Under the pieces are notes generated by a model, which saw nothing but the letters and a program-made list of their open reading frames with translations, did no database searches and was not told the DNA's origin. A stretch of 61,607 nucleotides of DNA, filler included, from Bdellovibrionota bacterium (lineage in GTDB: Bacteria > Bdellovibrionota > Bdellovibrionia > Bdellovibrionales > JAEYZS01), in assembly GCA_963169515.1 (NCBI GenBank). It is 5 parts of 5 records of this genome, joined end to end, with 100 filler letters (N's around TTAATTAATTAA, not from the genome) between each part and the next. Parts side by side here need not be neighbours in the genome. Positions count along the whole stretch, not along the records: positions 1 to 24,008 come from CAUJEF010000107.1; 4 more parts are not named here. The stretch is one strand, 5' to 3'. The translations under genes were made by a program, and so were the position numbers. Numbering within the stretch: the first letter of the stretch is position 1; each line of letters begins with the position of its first letter. Below, piece by piece: positions 1 through 9,043 of the stretch.

Positions 1-109
1 CCGCAAACCATGCCACGCAACCACACAACAGGACCGCTTCAGCTCCTCTTATATTTTTGAATTTGGCGTCCATATCGTCCGGCATACGGACGGATGGAGT
101 CTGGCACCC

Positions 110-568
110 TTAGCGGCGGCCGGATCGAATTTTGGCTTGCATACGGGTAATCAAACTTACAGCCATGCGCTCGTGCATTTCGCACATTTTTAATTCATCC
201 ATTTTGTAAGACTTTTGTGATGGCGTTAAGGTATCCATTTCAAGCTCCATTTCATAATCCATTTTGCCTGAACGCACGCCCTCGAGTTCTTTTGTCTGTT
301 GTTTAAAAAGTTTTTTTACTCCACTCAATGGAGCTACTTCCAACCATTCTTGACGTTGCTTATACCAATTTACCATTCGCAAAAAGCGTGCTTTGTTTTT
401 TGCCAACGTAAATTGCGGGTATTCATTTTCACTCATCGCAAGAATGTTGTCGTCTTCCCATTTCCACTTTTTATTTTTTGCCAATGCATTCGCCAAAGCA
501 GGCGAAGTTGGCACTGTTGTGCCCATTTCTGTGTCCATCCCATTCTCCCAGTATTGTTTTCTATCCAT
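110..568 (-). CDS. hypothetical protein (152 aa, charged and helical)
   Basis: Clean ORF with protein-like composition; no recognisable motif. Confidence 0.7.
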   Translation of the reverse strand: MDRKQYWENGMDTEMGTTVPTSPALANALAKNKKWKWEDDNILAMSENEYPQFTLAKNKARFLRMVNWYKQRQEWLEVAPLSGVKKLFKQQTKELEGVRSGKMDYEMELEMDTLTPSQKSYKMDELKMCEMHERMAVSLITRMQAKIRSGRR

Positions 569-678
569 TAAAGGATAAACTACCTATAGCACAAAAAGTT
601 TTCTAATTAAATAGAGTTTTAAAATCTTTAATAAAATCAAATGTTTCGTGCTTTGCGCAATATATTCTTTACACTATC

Positions 679-2448
679 TTAAACAAAGTGTGGCCAGCTT
701 GGACTAAGCTCAAAAGCCGCATTTATCAGTCCGACATGAGAATAACCTTGAGGAAAATTACCAAGTTGTATGTTTTTAACGGGATCAAAGTGTTCAGAGA
801 TTAAACCCAAATGATTTTGGCACCGAAGCACTGATTCCATGAGCCCTCTTGCCTTTTCAAATTCGCCCAATCTGCACAATGCTTGAATGTGCCAGAACGA
901 ACAAATAATAAAAGCTGAATCCGGCACGCCAAAATCATCTTTCTTTTTATATCGAAGTAAAAAACCTTCCTCTGCAGTGCCGAATCCCAATCCAAACGCC
1001 ACGGCTTCAACGGTTTTTTTATTTATCTCGCTGTTTGGAAATTTCAGAATAGGAAGTTGCAAGAGTGAAGCATCAAAACTGGGATCGGCAGGACCATTTA
1101 CAAAAATTTGATCTACTACACAAGAATTTAAAACCGATTCGACCTTATAAAGAGCGGGTTTCAAATCGATCTTAAGATCTGGCAAAAAGCCGCGCTCTTT
1201 TATAGCCATAATTTTCTTTAAACCCACCCAATGCATCAACTGCGTAAACGAATTCACCTGTGCCTTGCTTCGAAATTCCCACAGACCGACGTCTTCAACG
1301 CCAATACAACCCACAATCGCTTCTGTTAACTGGATAAGAAGCTTTTCATAAACTGGAGTTCTCAGATGATAAAACCGTTCGTCTAGATATATTGGAAGCA
1401 AGGTCAGTATCATTTCACCATAAACATCATTTTGAATTTGTTCAGCCGCCTGATTATTATCTCGCACTGGTCGACTTTTTTGAAATCCACTCCAATTTGG
1501 ATGCTCCCTTTCAGGCAAAGGTAACCCCTGATCGAGCATATAGACAGGGGACAGGCGCCCTCGTTGGGTAAGGCTCGTGTCCGTAATTCCAAGCAAAAAT
1601 TTGAGGAAGGACTCCATTTCCTCGAAATGACCCAAATTGTAAAATGCAGATAAAACATAATAGGAATCGCGCAACCAACAGTGGCGATAATCCCAATTAC
1701 GGACACCGCCGAACGCTTCCGGCAAGCTTGTGGTAGTACTGGCAAGTATCGCCCCCGTGTCCTCGTAACAATGAAGCTTGAGACATAGGGCAGACCGAAT
1801 CACTTCCTTCTGATAAAGCGTCGGAATCTTGCAACGCTTAACCCATCGCTCCCAATATTTTAAAGTTTGTGAGAGAAAGTCTTCAGATATTTTTTTTAGA
1901 TCATCTTCAATGACCTGATCCCAAGTCAAAATAAAATATATTGGATCAGTCAAATTAAACGAGGTTCTTTCAATCAAATACGTCATGGGCATTGTCGTGT
2001 ACAAGCGTACATCAGTGCCACGAACATTAAATTTGATATGGCTGTTTCCACGGGCGGACTCTATATTTTTTTTATTCCATCCATCGATAACATCAATAAC
2101 GACCTTGATGTTAGGTTGTCCCATCATCGGCTCTACAATTCGGATCATATTCAACGGGTAAAAGATACGGCCAAACTGTTCAAAACGCGGAAAAAAGTCC
2201 GTAATTTTTATCCTTGTGGAATCATCAATTTGAATTTCTGTACAAAGCACGTTGGTGTTTGCAATGTAATATTGGAGCCCGCTCTTGCGGTCAGGGATTT
2301 CTACGCCAAACGCTCCACCAGCGGGGTCCAAAAGCTTACCAAAAATTGGTTCACTATCCGGTCGCGGCCAGCACAACCAATCGACTGAGCCATCCTCACC
2401 CACTAATGCGCTTGACTGACAATTTCCAATAAGGCCATATCCGTACAC
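679..2448 (-). CDS. glycoside hydrolase family 15 (trehalase/glucoamylase-like)
   Basis: YGLIGNC...DGSVDWLCWPRPDS N-terminus, TTSLPE, RNWDYRHCWLRD, GLWEFR, SEH, LGNFPQGYSHVGLINAA; GTG start. Confidence 0.93.
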   Translation of the reverse strand: MYGYGLIGNCQSSALVGEDGSVDWLCWPRPDSEPIFGKLLDPAGGAFGVEIPDRKSGLQYYIANTNVLCTEIQIDDSTRIKITDFFPRFEQFGRIFYPLNMIRIVEPMMGQPNIKVVIDVIDGWNKKNIESARGNSHIKFNVRGTDVRLYTTMPMTYLIERTSFNLTDPIYFILTWDQVIEDDLKKISEDFLSQTLKYWERWVKRCKIPTLYQKEVIRSALCLKLHCYEDTGAILASTTTSLPEAFGGVRNWDYRHCWLRDSYYVLSAFYNLGHFEEMESFLKFLLGITDTSLTQRGRLSPVYMLDQGLPLPEREHPNWSGFQKSRPVRDNNQAAEQIQNDVYGEMILTLLPIYLDERFYHLRTPVYEKLLIQLTEAIVGCIGVEDVGLWEFRSKAQVNSFTQLMHWVGLKKIMAIKERGFLPDLKIDLKPALYKVESVLNSCVVDQIFVNGPADPSFDASLLQLPILKFPNSEINKKTVEAVAFGLGFGTAEEGFLLRYKKKDDFGVPDSAFIICSFWHIQALCRLGEFEKARGLMESVLRCQNHLGLISEHFDPVKNIQLGNFPQGYSHVGLINAAFELSPSWPHFV

Positions 2449-2456
2449 AAAAAGTC

Positions 2457-2864
2457 CTAATGAAAAAGTGCGCGTATTGCTTCGATTTCATCTTTGAGCA
2501 TAGCCAAGTTCCCTATAAATCCGGATAACTCCTCTTCAAGCTGCTGATACGCATTGAACCCCTCTTTGGAAATCGAAATCAATTTTTGCCTGTTATCTTG
2601 TGGGTTCAAATTGATGTTGATAAAATTTTTTGCTCGAATTCGCTTTAACGATTGAGTGAGTGTGCTTGGATGAACACCAACCTTTCGCGCTAACTCAAAC
2701 GCAGATATCCCGGGTACATCTTTCAAAATCCCAATTACAACCCATTGGACAAGACTTAATCCAAATTTTTTCTCGTAGAGTTTGTTAAGATTATTTATTT
2801 GGTTATTCAAACGAATAATCTGATGTAGATATGTGAATTTATCGGGCATAACTTGATTGTTCAT
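2457..2864 (-). CDS. MarR-family transcriptional regulator
   Basis: GLSLVQWVV...ELARKVGVHPSTLT HTH and DNRQKLISISKEG wing. Confidence 0.9.
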   Translation of the reverse strand: MNNQVMPDKFTYLHQIIRLNNQINNLNKLYEKKFGLSLVQWVVIGILKDVPGISAFELARKVGVHPSTLTQSLKRIRAKNFININLNPQDNRQKLISISKEGFNAYQQLEEELSGFIGNLAMLKDEIEAIRALFH

Positions 2865-3648
2865 AACTTTGTCCTCTGTTTATTTTTTTTGATGCAATTA
2901 CCTTGATAAGTACGGAGAGAAGCTTGTTAATCTGAGACTGATTTTTAATATAAAAAAGGGCTTTCGAGTTCCGATTTTTTCCCACCCTCACAGAAAATAC
3001 CTTAATATCATTCATCCCAAAAACTGATTCATCAGTATGATCATCGCCAATGTAAAATACCTTTCTGCTTTTTTTTTGTTCCAAAAGCTTCATTATTGCA
3101 TTGCCCTTATGTGGACTGTTTTCTGGCATAATATTGATTACACACTTTCCAAAAACAATGCGTGGGTTGGGAACAAGGTTTGCGATAGCACGCAAAGCTG
3201 CTTTGCGCGCCACTTTTTTCCTACGTGACCTTCGATAATGCAGTGATAACGAATAGGTTTTATTTTCAAGCGAAACATAAGGGTCTCGGATCTCTTGAAC
3301 CCATGTCATCAGAAGAGCTTTGTACCAGTCCTTACAAATTGCGCTTATTTGATCAAGCTTGGAATTTGCTATACCAAAGCCCTCAATCCCATGATTCCCT
3401 ATCAGTGCCACGCCGTCTAGATTCAATCGAGCTTTCAGATCCTTTAGCCCGCGGCCTGATATGATCGCAACCTCACTCATGCGGGACAATTGTGACAGTA
3501 ACTTTTTCGTCTTTGGGGCTATTCTTGCTTGATCCGGATGCTTAGCGGTTTTAGACAAGGTTCCATCAAAATCAAACGCATAAAGTGTATTAGTAAATGC
3601 TAGGGATTCAAAAAACTTCATATTGCTATGTACGAACAAATATTTCAT
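2839..3648 (-). CDS. otsB: trehalose-6-phosphate phosphatase (HAD IIB)
   Basis: FDFDGTL, IISGR, GNHG, HYR, KGNA, YIGDDHTDE; follows otsA with ATGA overlap. Confidence 0.93.
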   Translation of the reverse strand: MKYLFVHSNMKFFESLAFTNTLYAFDFDGTLSKTAKHPDQARIAPKTKKLLSQLSRMSEVAIISGRGLKDLKARLNLDGVALIGNHGIEGFGIANSKLDQISAICKDWYKALLMTWVQEIRDPYVSLENKTYSLSLHYRRSRRKKVARKAALRAIANLVPNPRIVFGKCVINIMPENSPHKGNAIMKLLEQKKSRKVFYIGDDHTDESVFGMNDIKVFSVRVGKNRNSKALFYIKNQSQINKLLSVLIKVIASKKINRGQSYEQSSYAR

Positions 3649-5852
3649 ACGATATCCCTGTAAAGGAATTTTTTACTTCGTATCAAGCGAGCGGCATCAA
3701 GCAACATTCGTCCAGCCCAACGGTACACGTTGTACTCTTGAACAATGCTTTTCATATTTATCATACGCAAGCGTTGATCTTCAGGGTTCATTTCAAGCGC
3801 CATATTTATCGCAGACGCGCACTGGTCTACATTATAAGGATTTACGACAAGAGCCTCGATCAGTTCTAACGAGGCCCCGGTGAATTGGCTCAAAATTAAA
3901 ACCCCATCGTCATGCTCACGAGAGGCAATAAATTCTTTTGCAACAAGATTCATTCCGTCATGCAGTGAATTTACAAAACAGAAATCCGCTGCACGTAAAT
4001 ATCGGTACACCTCCTGTGCATCATGATGGCGCGACTGTAAAATGATGGGTTTCCACCCATCCTTTTCATATTTTTTATTGATTTGCTCAGCATGAAAAAT
4101 AATTTCATCATGGAATGATCTATACGTCGGGATACTGACTCGTGTTGGGGCGCCGACCTGGACAAACGAAAACTTTTTTATCCATCCAGGATTGATTTCA
4201 AACAATCGATCGATGGCATAAAACTTCTCTATAACGCCCTTTGTGTAATCCAATCGGTCCACGCCAATGCCCATTTTTACATTTGGCAAAAGTTCTGTGT
4301 TTTTTTCGACGTATTTTCGACACTCCCTTTGCGTTGGAAGAGATGATACAAACCGCGACGGATACTGAATTGAAATCGGATAGGCATGAATTGCCGAGAC
4401 CTCACCTTTAAATGAAATTGTAGAGCTGTCTCGACTGATGCGAGCTTCTAAGAAGCGATCAACCGTGTCCAAAAAATTTATGACATGATATCGGGTATGA
4501 AATCCAATAATACTGCTTCCAAGCAGTCCATCTAAAATCTCTTCTCGCCACGGACAAATGCTGTAAGACTCTGCGTTTGGCCATGGCACGTGCCAAAACG
4601 TAATAATCACTGCATTCGGATATCGGTTTCGAATCAGACGCGGCAGCAGTGCGAAATGGTAGTCTTGAATTAAAATGACAGGCGCATCCGTTTTCACCTC
4701 TTGAAAAAGCACGTCTGCAAATTTTTGATTTACGGCCTTGTATGTTTCCCAATCGTCATTGCGAAATATCGGACGAGTGTGCGCAATGTGGCACAATGGC
4801 CATAGTCCCTCATTTGAAAAACCGTAGTAGTATCCTTTTTCTTCTGCCTTCGACAGCCAAACCCGTCTTAACAAATAGCTTTTCTCTCCAGGTGGACACC
4901 AAACACGGTCGTTTTCGTCCACAACAAGCCTATCTGCATTGCCGCTCCCGTGAGCAATCCAAGTCCCGGAACACGCCCGCATAATCGGTTCCAGTGCGGT
5001 AACCAATCCACTCGCCGGGATTTGCACATCAGTGTGGGAATTATTTTTCACATGAATATAAGGCTCGCGGTTGGAAACGATAAGCACTTCGTTTCCAGCC
5101 AGTTCATTGTGAAGAATCTGCTTTAATGACTGGGACGTCCAGCTTAACTGGGATTCGTCCCGGATAATTCGATTCGCTTCAAGTTCATCAACCCAAAATC
5201 GCATATCTTTGATCAGGGGTCTTAACTCTGCCGGCCCATACGTTTTTTCGCGTATCACCGTGCTACGAAGCAAGGATTGCATTCCATGCACGAGCTCTTT
5301 TAGACTGATTCTGGAAATAATAAACACGACAGCCGACAAAATAACCATTACAACAATAAAAATTCCAAAAATATATTTTTTTGCTTCAGTTGTCCGACGG
5401 TTGACGTAACCCATATCATGCGCCGGTATAAGATAATAATTTTCATCGATTGAAACCGGAATCTTTTCGATAGATATATAAAGGGGCTTGTCCGCGTTCC
5501 TGATCACGCCGGCATTTTCAAAGCCTCGTTCCGCAAGCGCACGACAAGTCAATTGATCGGGAAAGTCACGGGATCTGGCAATTTCTCTGCCTTTTTCGTT
5601 ACAAAGTATCAGACCGGTAAGCCGTTCATCTTGTACGACGCGGGCAAACAGACTTTGGATTTTCTTGTTGTCTTTTTTTTGTACAGCCTCTGCGAGCGAG
5701 TCATGGATCGTGCGCGTGATCAAACTTCCCCGCAGCTCGAGATCCCGTGTAAACCACCTGACACTTAGCTTGTCAGTTACAACGGTTACAAGGACCGCAA
5801 GGGCGACAATTAAAATCAGAAGCGGAATAATGATTCTGGAAAAAAGTTTCAC
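3645..5852 (-). CDS. otsA: trehalose-6-phosphate synthase (GT20) with N-terminal 2-TM/extracytoplasmic module
   Basis: IVSNREP, SGLVTAL, YYGFSNEGLWPLCH, QDYHF, FWHVPWP, GVDRLDYTKG, DGMNLVAKEF; two hydrophobic helices in the first ~180 aa. Confidence 0.93.
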   Translation of the reverse strand: MKLFSRIIIPLLILIVALAVLVTVVTDKLSVRWFTRDLELRGSLITRTIHDSLAEAVQKKDNKKIQSLFARVVQDERLTGLILCNEKGREIARSRDFPDQLTCRALAERGFENAGVIRNADKPLYISIEKIPVSIDENYYLIPAHDMGYVNRRTTEAKKYIFGIFIVVMVILSAVVFIISRISLKELVHGMQSLLRSTVIREKTYGPAELRPLIKDMRFWVDELEANRIIRDESQLSWTSQSLKQILHNELAGNEVLIVSNREPYIHVKNNSHTDVQIPASGLVTALEPIMRACSGTWIAHGSGNADRLVVDENDRVWCPPGEKSYLLRRVWLSKAEEKGYYYGFSNEGLWPLCHIAHTRPIFRNDDWETYKAVNQKFADVLFQEVKTDAPVILIQDYHFALLPRLIRNRYPNAVIITFWHVPWPNAESYSICPWREEILDGLLGSSIIGFHTRYHVINFLDTVDRFLEARISRDSSTISFKGEVSAIHAYPISIQYPSRFVSSLPTQRECRKYVEKNTELLPNVKMGIGVDRLDYTKGVIEKFYAIDRLFEINPGWIKKFSFVQVGAPTRVSIPTYRSFHDEIIFHAEQINKKYEKDGWKPIILQSRHHDAQEVYRYLRAADFCFVNSLHDGMNLVAKEFIASREHDDGVLILSQFTGASLELIEALVVNPYNVDQCASAINMALEMNPEDQRLRMINMKSIVQEYNVYRWAGRMLLDAARLIRSKKFLYRDIV

Positions 5853-6002
5853 ATATTATTTTTATATAAATACTTTGATCGATTGAATAAAATTATACAA
5901 ATATGAAGAGATCTTCACGGAAGGTCGAGCTTCCTCTGCTTATATTGCTCAAAAATAAATTTTTTTTTATTTTGCAACGAGCTGGTTCGGCTTGAAGAAT
6001 TA

Positions 6003-6031
6003 AGAAAACGCCACCCCGAAAATGGTGGCGT
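6003..6031 (-). terminator. intrinsic terminator
   Basis: ACGCCACC/GGTGGCGT stem (6008-6031) with U-tract on the minus strand, after 6093..6494. Confidence 0.7.
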
Positions 6032-6092
6032 GATTTTTAAAATCAAAAAAATTTTGATTCGATTTAATTCAAGGCTGAATTATGAAAAATTA

Positions 6093-6494
6093 CTATTGCC
6101 CCTTTTCACAAACAACTGAATTTTTATCACAGAAAAAACCATTACTGTTTGATCCCTTTTGACAAGATCTTCTAGCGTTAGCGGACGCCTCAAGCTCTGT
6201 GTTTCCTTTGCCTGAAAACGGCCCATCAAACCTAGATTCTATGGTGCAATAATAAGTTGAACCAACACTTGTTACTGCCAAAATTTGTTGGACACGAGTG
6301 ATTCGCTCATCAGCGCTTCTTAGATTTTCGCCAAGAGTTTTTCTTAAAAACGATGGAAGTAGATTGTTCACCGAACTGATTTCAACCCGTGCCGCTTCCA
6401 ATTGTCCCAACACCTCTTGATGTTGTTCGACCGTAATTGCCATTACTGACTGAACACAAAACGTCAGCGCTAAAAGTATAATAATTTTTTTCAT
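6093..6494 (-). CDS. secreted hypothetical protein with C-terminal 4-Cys domain
   Basis: MKK-hydrophobic-VMA signal peptide; RBS AGAGGGG. Confidence 0.8.
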   Translation of the reverse strand: MKKIIILLALTFCVQSVMAITVEQHQEVLGQLEAARVEISSVNNLLPSFLRKTLGENLRSADERITRVQQILAVTSVGSTYYCTIESRFDGPFSGKGNTELEASANARRSCQKGSNSNGFFCDKNSVVCEKGQ

Positions 6495-6880
6495 CTTGTA
6501 CCCCTCTGCATTTAGGTAAGTTTTATTTTCGAGCTTTGTATCATGCCTGACTCATGGCGTCAACCTGTTGTTAGTTTAACGCCACTGAAACAGTAAAAGC
6601 TAGCTTATATGACTGTTGATGAGGAAAGTTTGGATAAAGATAACACATTGTTTTCATTAAAATAGTCGGTTCAATGTGATGGTGAATTGAGTAGTAAACA
6701 AGATTGCTTGAAAGCCATCCGAAATTTTTACAAAATACAGCTAGTTAATCGGCATTAAAGTTAATGCATCAACAATTATGGGCCAGCTCCTTAAATTTTT
6801 TGTATACAGAGCTTTTTCCTTCATATGATCAAAAACTTTTCTTGTATAGTCTCCGTTTCCAATAGCAAGAGGAGCGTTTT

Positions 6881-7612
6881 ATGAAGAAAGTTTTTATTCT
6901 GTGTAGTATTTTATTACTAGCTGGTTGCGGCAAAGAAGCCAATAAAGATGGTGGCCATTGTGATGGAGAATTAGTATCTGATTACAATCGTGCAATTTTA
7001 AATTGCGGTTATGGTGACACTGTTGCAAATTGCAAAAGCTCACTTCAATCATTTTTAAATAAATACCCTGGGGTCAATTGTACGGCAGCGAAAAACTCAA
7101 GCAGCTCAATTAATGATGTAACAGTAGCTATCACTGAATCATATATCCGTGGACTTATGGAACAAGCCGGCGGATCTAGTGGCTCTGGTGGCTCTAGTGC
7201 CCCTTCGCAGCCTTCAAAACCAGTAACATCATTTAAGTATGGTGCCGCCTGTAGCCAAGATGTACTTGATGACCAAAAAGGGGTAGCGAAATCTTGTGGT
7301 ACCACCCTAAAGGCCGACTCCGGCTCTTATGATGAAAATATTAAAAAGCTTAAATCCTGCCAATCAGCCGTAGATAAATTTCTTGGTAAATACGAAGGCA
7401 TAAATTGCACTGCTATAAATACGCAAACTTACCAAACCGTAAGACTTTTAGAAAGCGACCTGATTTCAACACGACAAGATTTAGATTCAGAAATTAAAGA
7501 ATTAGAGGAACTGAAAGCCTTAATAGACGATCAAGACAAAAAAGAGCAGAAACAGCCAGATCCCAAAAAAGAAGAACAGCCCGCTCCTGCCGCTGCAGAA
7601 TCATACGTTTAA
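6881..7612 (+). CDS. Cys-rich lipoprotein with internal duplication
   Basis: Lipobox LAGC; GAGGAG RBS; two copies of C..CG..C...FLxKYxGxNCTA. Confidence 0.85.
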   Translation: MKKVFILCSILLLAGCGKEANKDGGHCDGELVSDYNRAILNCGYGDTVANCKSSLQSFLNKYPGVNCTAAKNSSSSINDVTVAITESYIRGLMEQAGGSSGSGGSSAPSQPSKPVTSFKYGAACSQDVLDDQKGVAKSCGTTLKADSGSYDENIKKLKSCQSAVDKFLGKYEGINCTAINTQTYQTVRLLESDLISTRQDLDSEIKELEELKALIDDQDKKEQKQPDPKKEEQPAPAAAESYV

Positions 7613-7633
7613 GACTCATTATACTAAGAAACT

Positions 7634-7664
7634 AAAAAGGGTGCTTTAGCTGCATCCTTTTTTT
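7634..7664 (+). terminator. intrinsic terminator
   Basis: AAAAAGGGTGC/GCATCCTTTTT stem plus T-run after the lipoprotein stop. Confidence 0.75.
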
Positions 7665-7670
7665 ATTTTC

Positions 7671-7874
7671 TTGAAAAAAACTGACCCGCTATTTGGTATT
7701 TCTAAATCCCGCCTTAACGATATTGAAAAAGGTCGCAAAGTTGTAAGCCCCGAAAGAACTGCCCGCTATGCTACAACTTTGGGTTATTCGGAAGGTCGTT
7801 TTGTTGAATTAGCCCTACAGTCCATTGTCGATCATAGTGGATTGAAATTTAAGGTTGCCGTGAAAGTGGCTTAA
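7671..7874 (+). pseudogene. 5'-truncated XRE/HigA-like HTH antitoxin
   Basis: GISKSRLNDIEKGRKVVSPE is the second half of an XRE HTH; the first helices and an RBS are missing. Confidence 0.6.
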
Positions 7875-7887
7875 TAACAGGGGAAAC

Positions 7888-8145
7888 ATGAGGAAAATCA
7901 TGTCTAGAGATAGGAAACAAATATTTTTAATATTTATTCTTCTAGCCAGCGGATTTGGTTATGCTTCCACTCCAAACTCCGAATGCATCGAATGGTTTAA
8001 GAGGGGTAAAGTTAAACCGGAGGTCCCGGGTTGCGAAATAGGCTGCGCTATTCTCCCAGTTGATATGGGAACCTTCATTTGCTCGAGTCAATGCAAAAGG
8101 CTTTGTAAGGCTGCACCTGAAGAATCTTTAAGGAACCTGCTATAA
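7888..8145 (+). CDS. short secreted Cys-rich protein, possibly 3'-truncated
   Basis: Signal peptide (GYA/S), 6 Cys, abrupt end into AT-rich sequence. Confidence 0.55.
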   Translation: MRKIMSRDRKQIFLIFILLASGFGYASTPNSECIEWFKRGKVKPEVPGCEIGCAILPVDMGTFICSSQCKRLCKAAPEESLRNLL

Positions 8146-8231
8146 GTCTAATTAAATATTTAAATCCGAGAGGATTTTTATAACTTAAAAATGCGCAGTT
8201 CCTAACCATTTGCCAGCTATAGAGCTTAAAA

Positions 8232-8259
8232 TAAAACTTGCAGAATTTTGGAAGTTTTA
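8232..8259. promoter_or_regulatory. palindromic operator of TA promoter
   Basis: TAAAACTTGCAGAA|TTTTGGAAGTTTTA, 12 of 14 pairs, overlapping a TTGCAG -35-like hexamer. Confidence 0.55.
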
Positions 8260-8273
8260 GTGGGATTAGAAGT

Positions 8274-8590
8274 GTGTATAGGGTTCATCAGCTCAGAGTA
8301 ATTGTCAATGGTGTGGTTTTTAATGAGGTTGTGATTGATACCATTATGAAGAAAAACACAAGGATCACATTAATGATAAAGTTATTCTTGAGCTTGTGAA
8401 AAAACTGAACCACGGAATATTTCTGCCCGAAGTTATTAATGGGTCTGGTGTAAAATTTTTCGTGAACCATCCTTGGTATTACGAAGATAAATCGTATCGC
8501 TTGGTTTGGTTTATTCCACCCGATGAATCCTATCTGGGTGTACGAAACGCTTTTAGACTAAATGTAAGGAGAAGCAAACATGGCAAGTAA
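8274..8590 (+). pseudogene. frameshifted putative toxin of a toxin-XRE antitoxin pair
   Basis: The frame from GTG 8274 (VYRVHQLRVIVNGVVFNEVVID) joins the frame of 8342-8590 (HYEEKHKDHINDKVILELVKKLN...YRLVW...GVRNAFR) if one base is restored at ~8340. Confidence 0.65.
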
Positions 8591-8897
8591 AAAAATTAAA
8601 TGGCCCAGCGATACCGAACTAAAAGCAATGGATAAAAGACTTTCCAAAGCAACGGGCACGGCCGACCTCCCACCAAATGCCGACCTTTTAGATCGTATCA
8701 AATACGCACTTTGTGGCGAATTCATTAAATATTGCCTAGAGCACAAGGTATCGCAAAGAGAGCTTGCCGCCGAACTTGATATCAGCGAATCACGTATCAG
8801 CGAGATTGTGCACTATCGTATTGATAAACTCACCATTGATCGGCTGATCCGGTATCTCGGAAGGCTTAATCCGAAATTAAAGTTTAATGTGGTTTAA
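8580..8897 (+). CDS. XRE-family HTH antitoxin-like regulator
   Basis: VSQRELAAELDISESRISEIVHYRIDKLTIDRL; AGGAG RBS; overlaps the upstream ORF. Confidence 0.85.
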   Translation: MASKKIKWPSDTELKAMDKRLSKATGTADLPPNADLLDRIKYALCGEFIKYCLEHKVSQRELAAELDISESRISEIVHYRIDKLTIDRLIRYLGRLNPKLKFNVV

Positions 8898-8961
8898 TAA
8901 CGATCCAATTTTAGAACAGATTCGCGACTGCCCATACATTTGGTGAAGAACCTAAGATAAC

Positions 8962-9038
8962 TGGCCCGTTCGGAGAGACTCGAACTCCCAACCCTCAGAT
9001 CCGAAGTCTGATGCTCTATCCAATTGAGCTACGAACGG
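8962..9038 (-). tRNA. tRNA-Arg, anticodon TCG
   Basis: CCGTTCG acceptor, D arm GCTC/GAGC, anticodon arm TCAGA-CTTCGGA-TCTGA, GTTCGAGTC T loop, encoded CCA; 77 nt. Confidence 0.96.
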
Positions 9039-9043
9039 GTAAT

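Noticed and set aside
1..92. Possible partial ORF (MPDDMDAKFK...) and a CGTCCG/CGGACG hairpin at the window start
   Set aside because: Too short and truncated to support a call
8274..8590. Programmed frameshift producing the toxin
   Set aside because: No slippery heptamer or stimulatory structure at 8337-8344; a mutation or assembly indel is simpler
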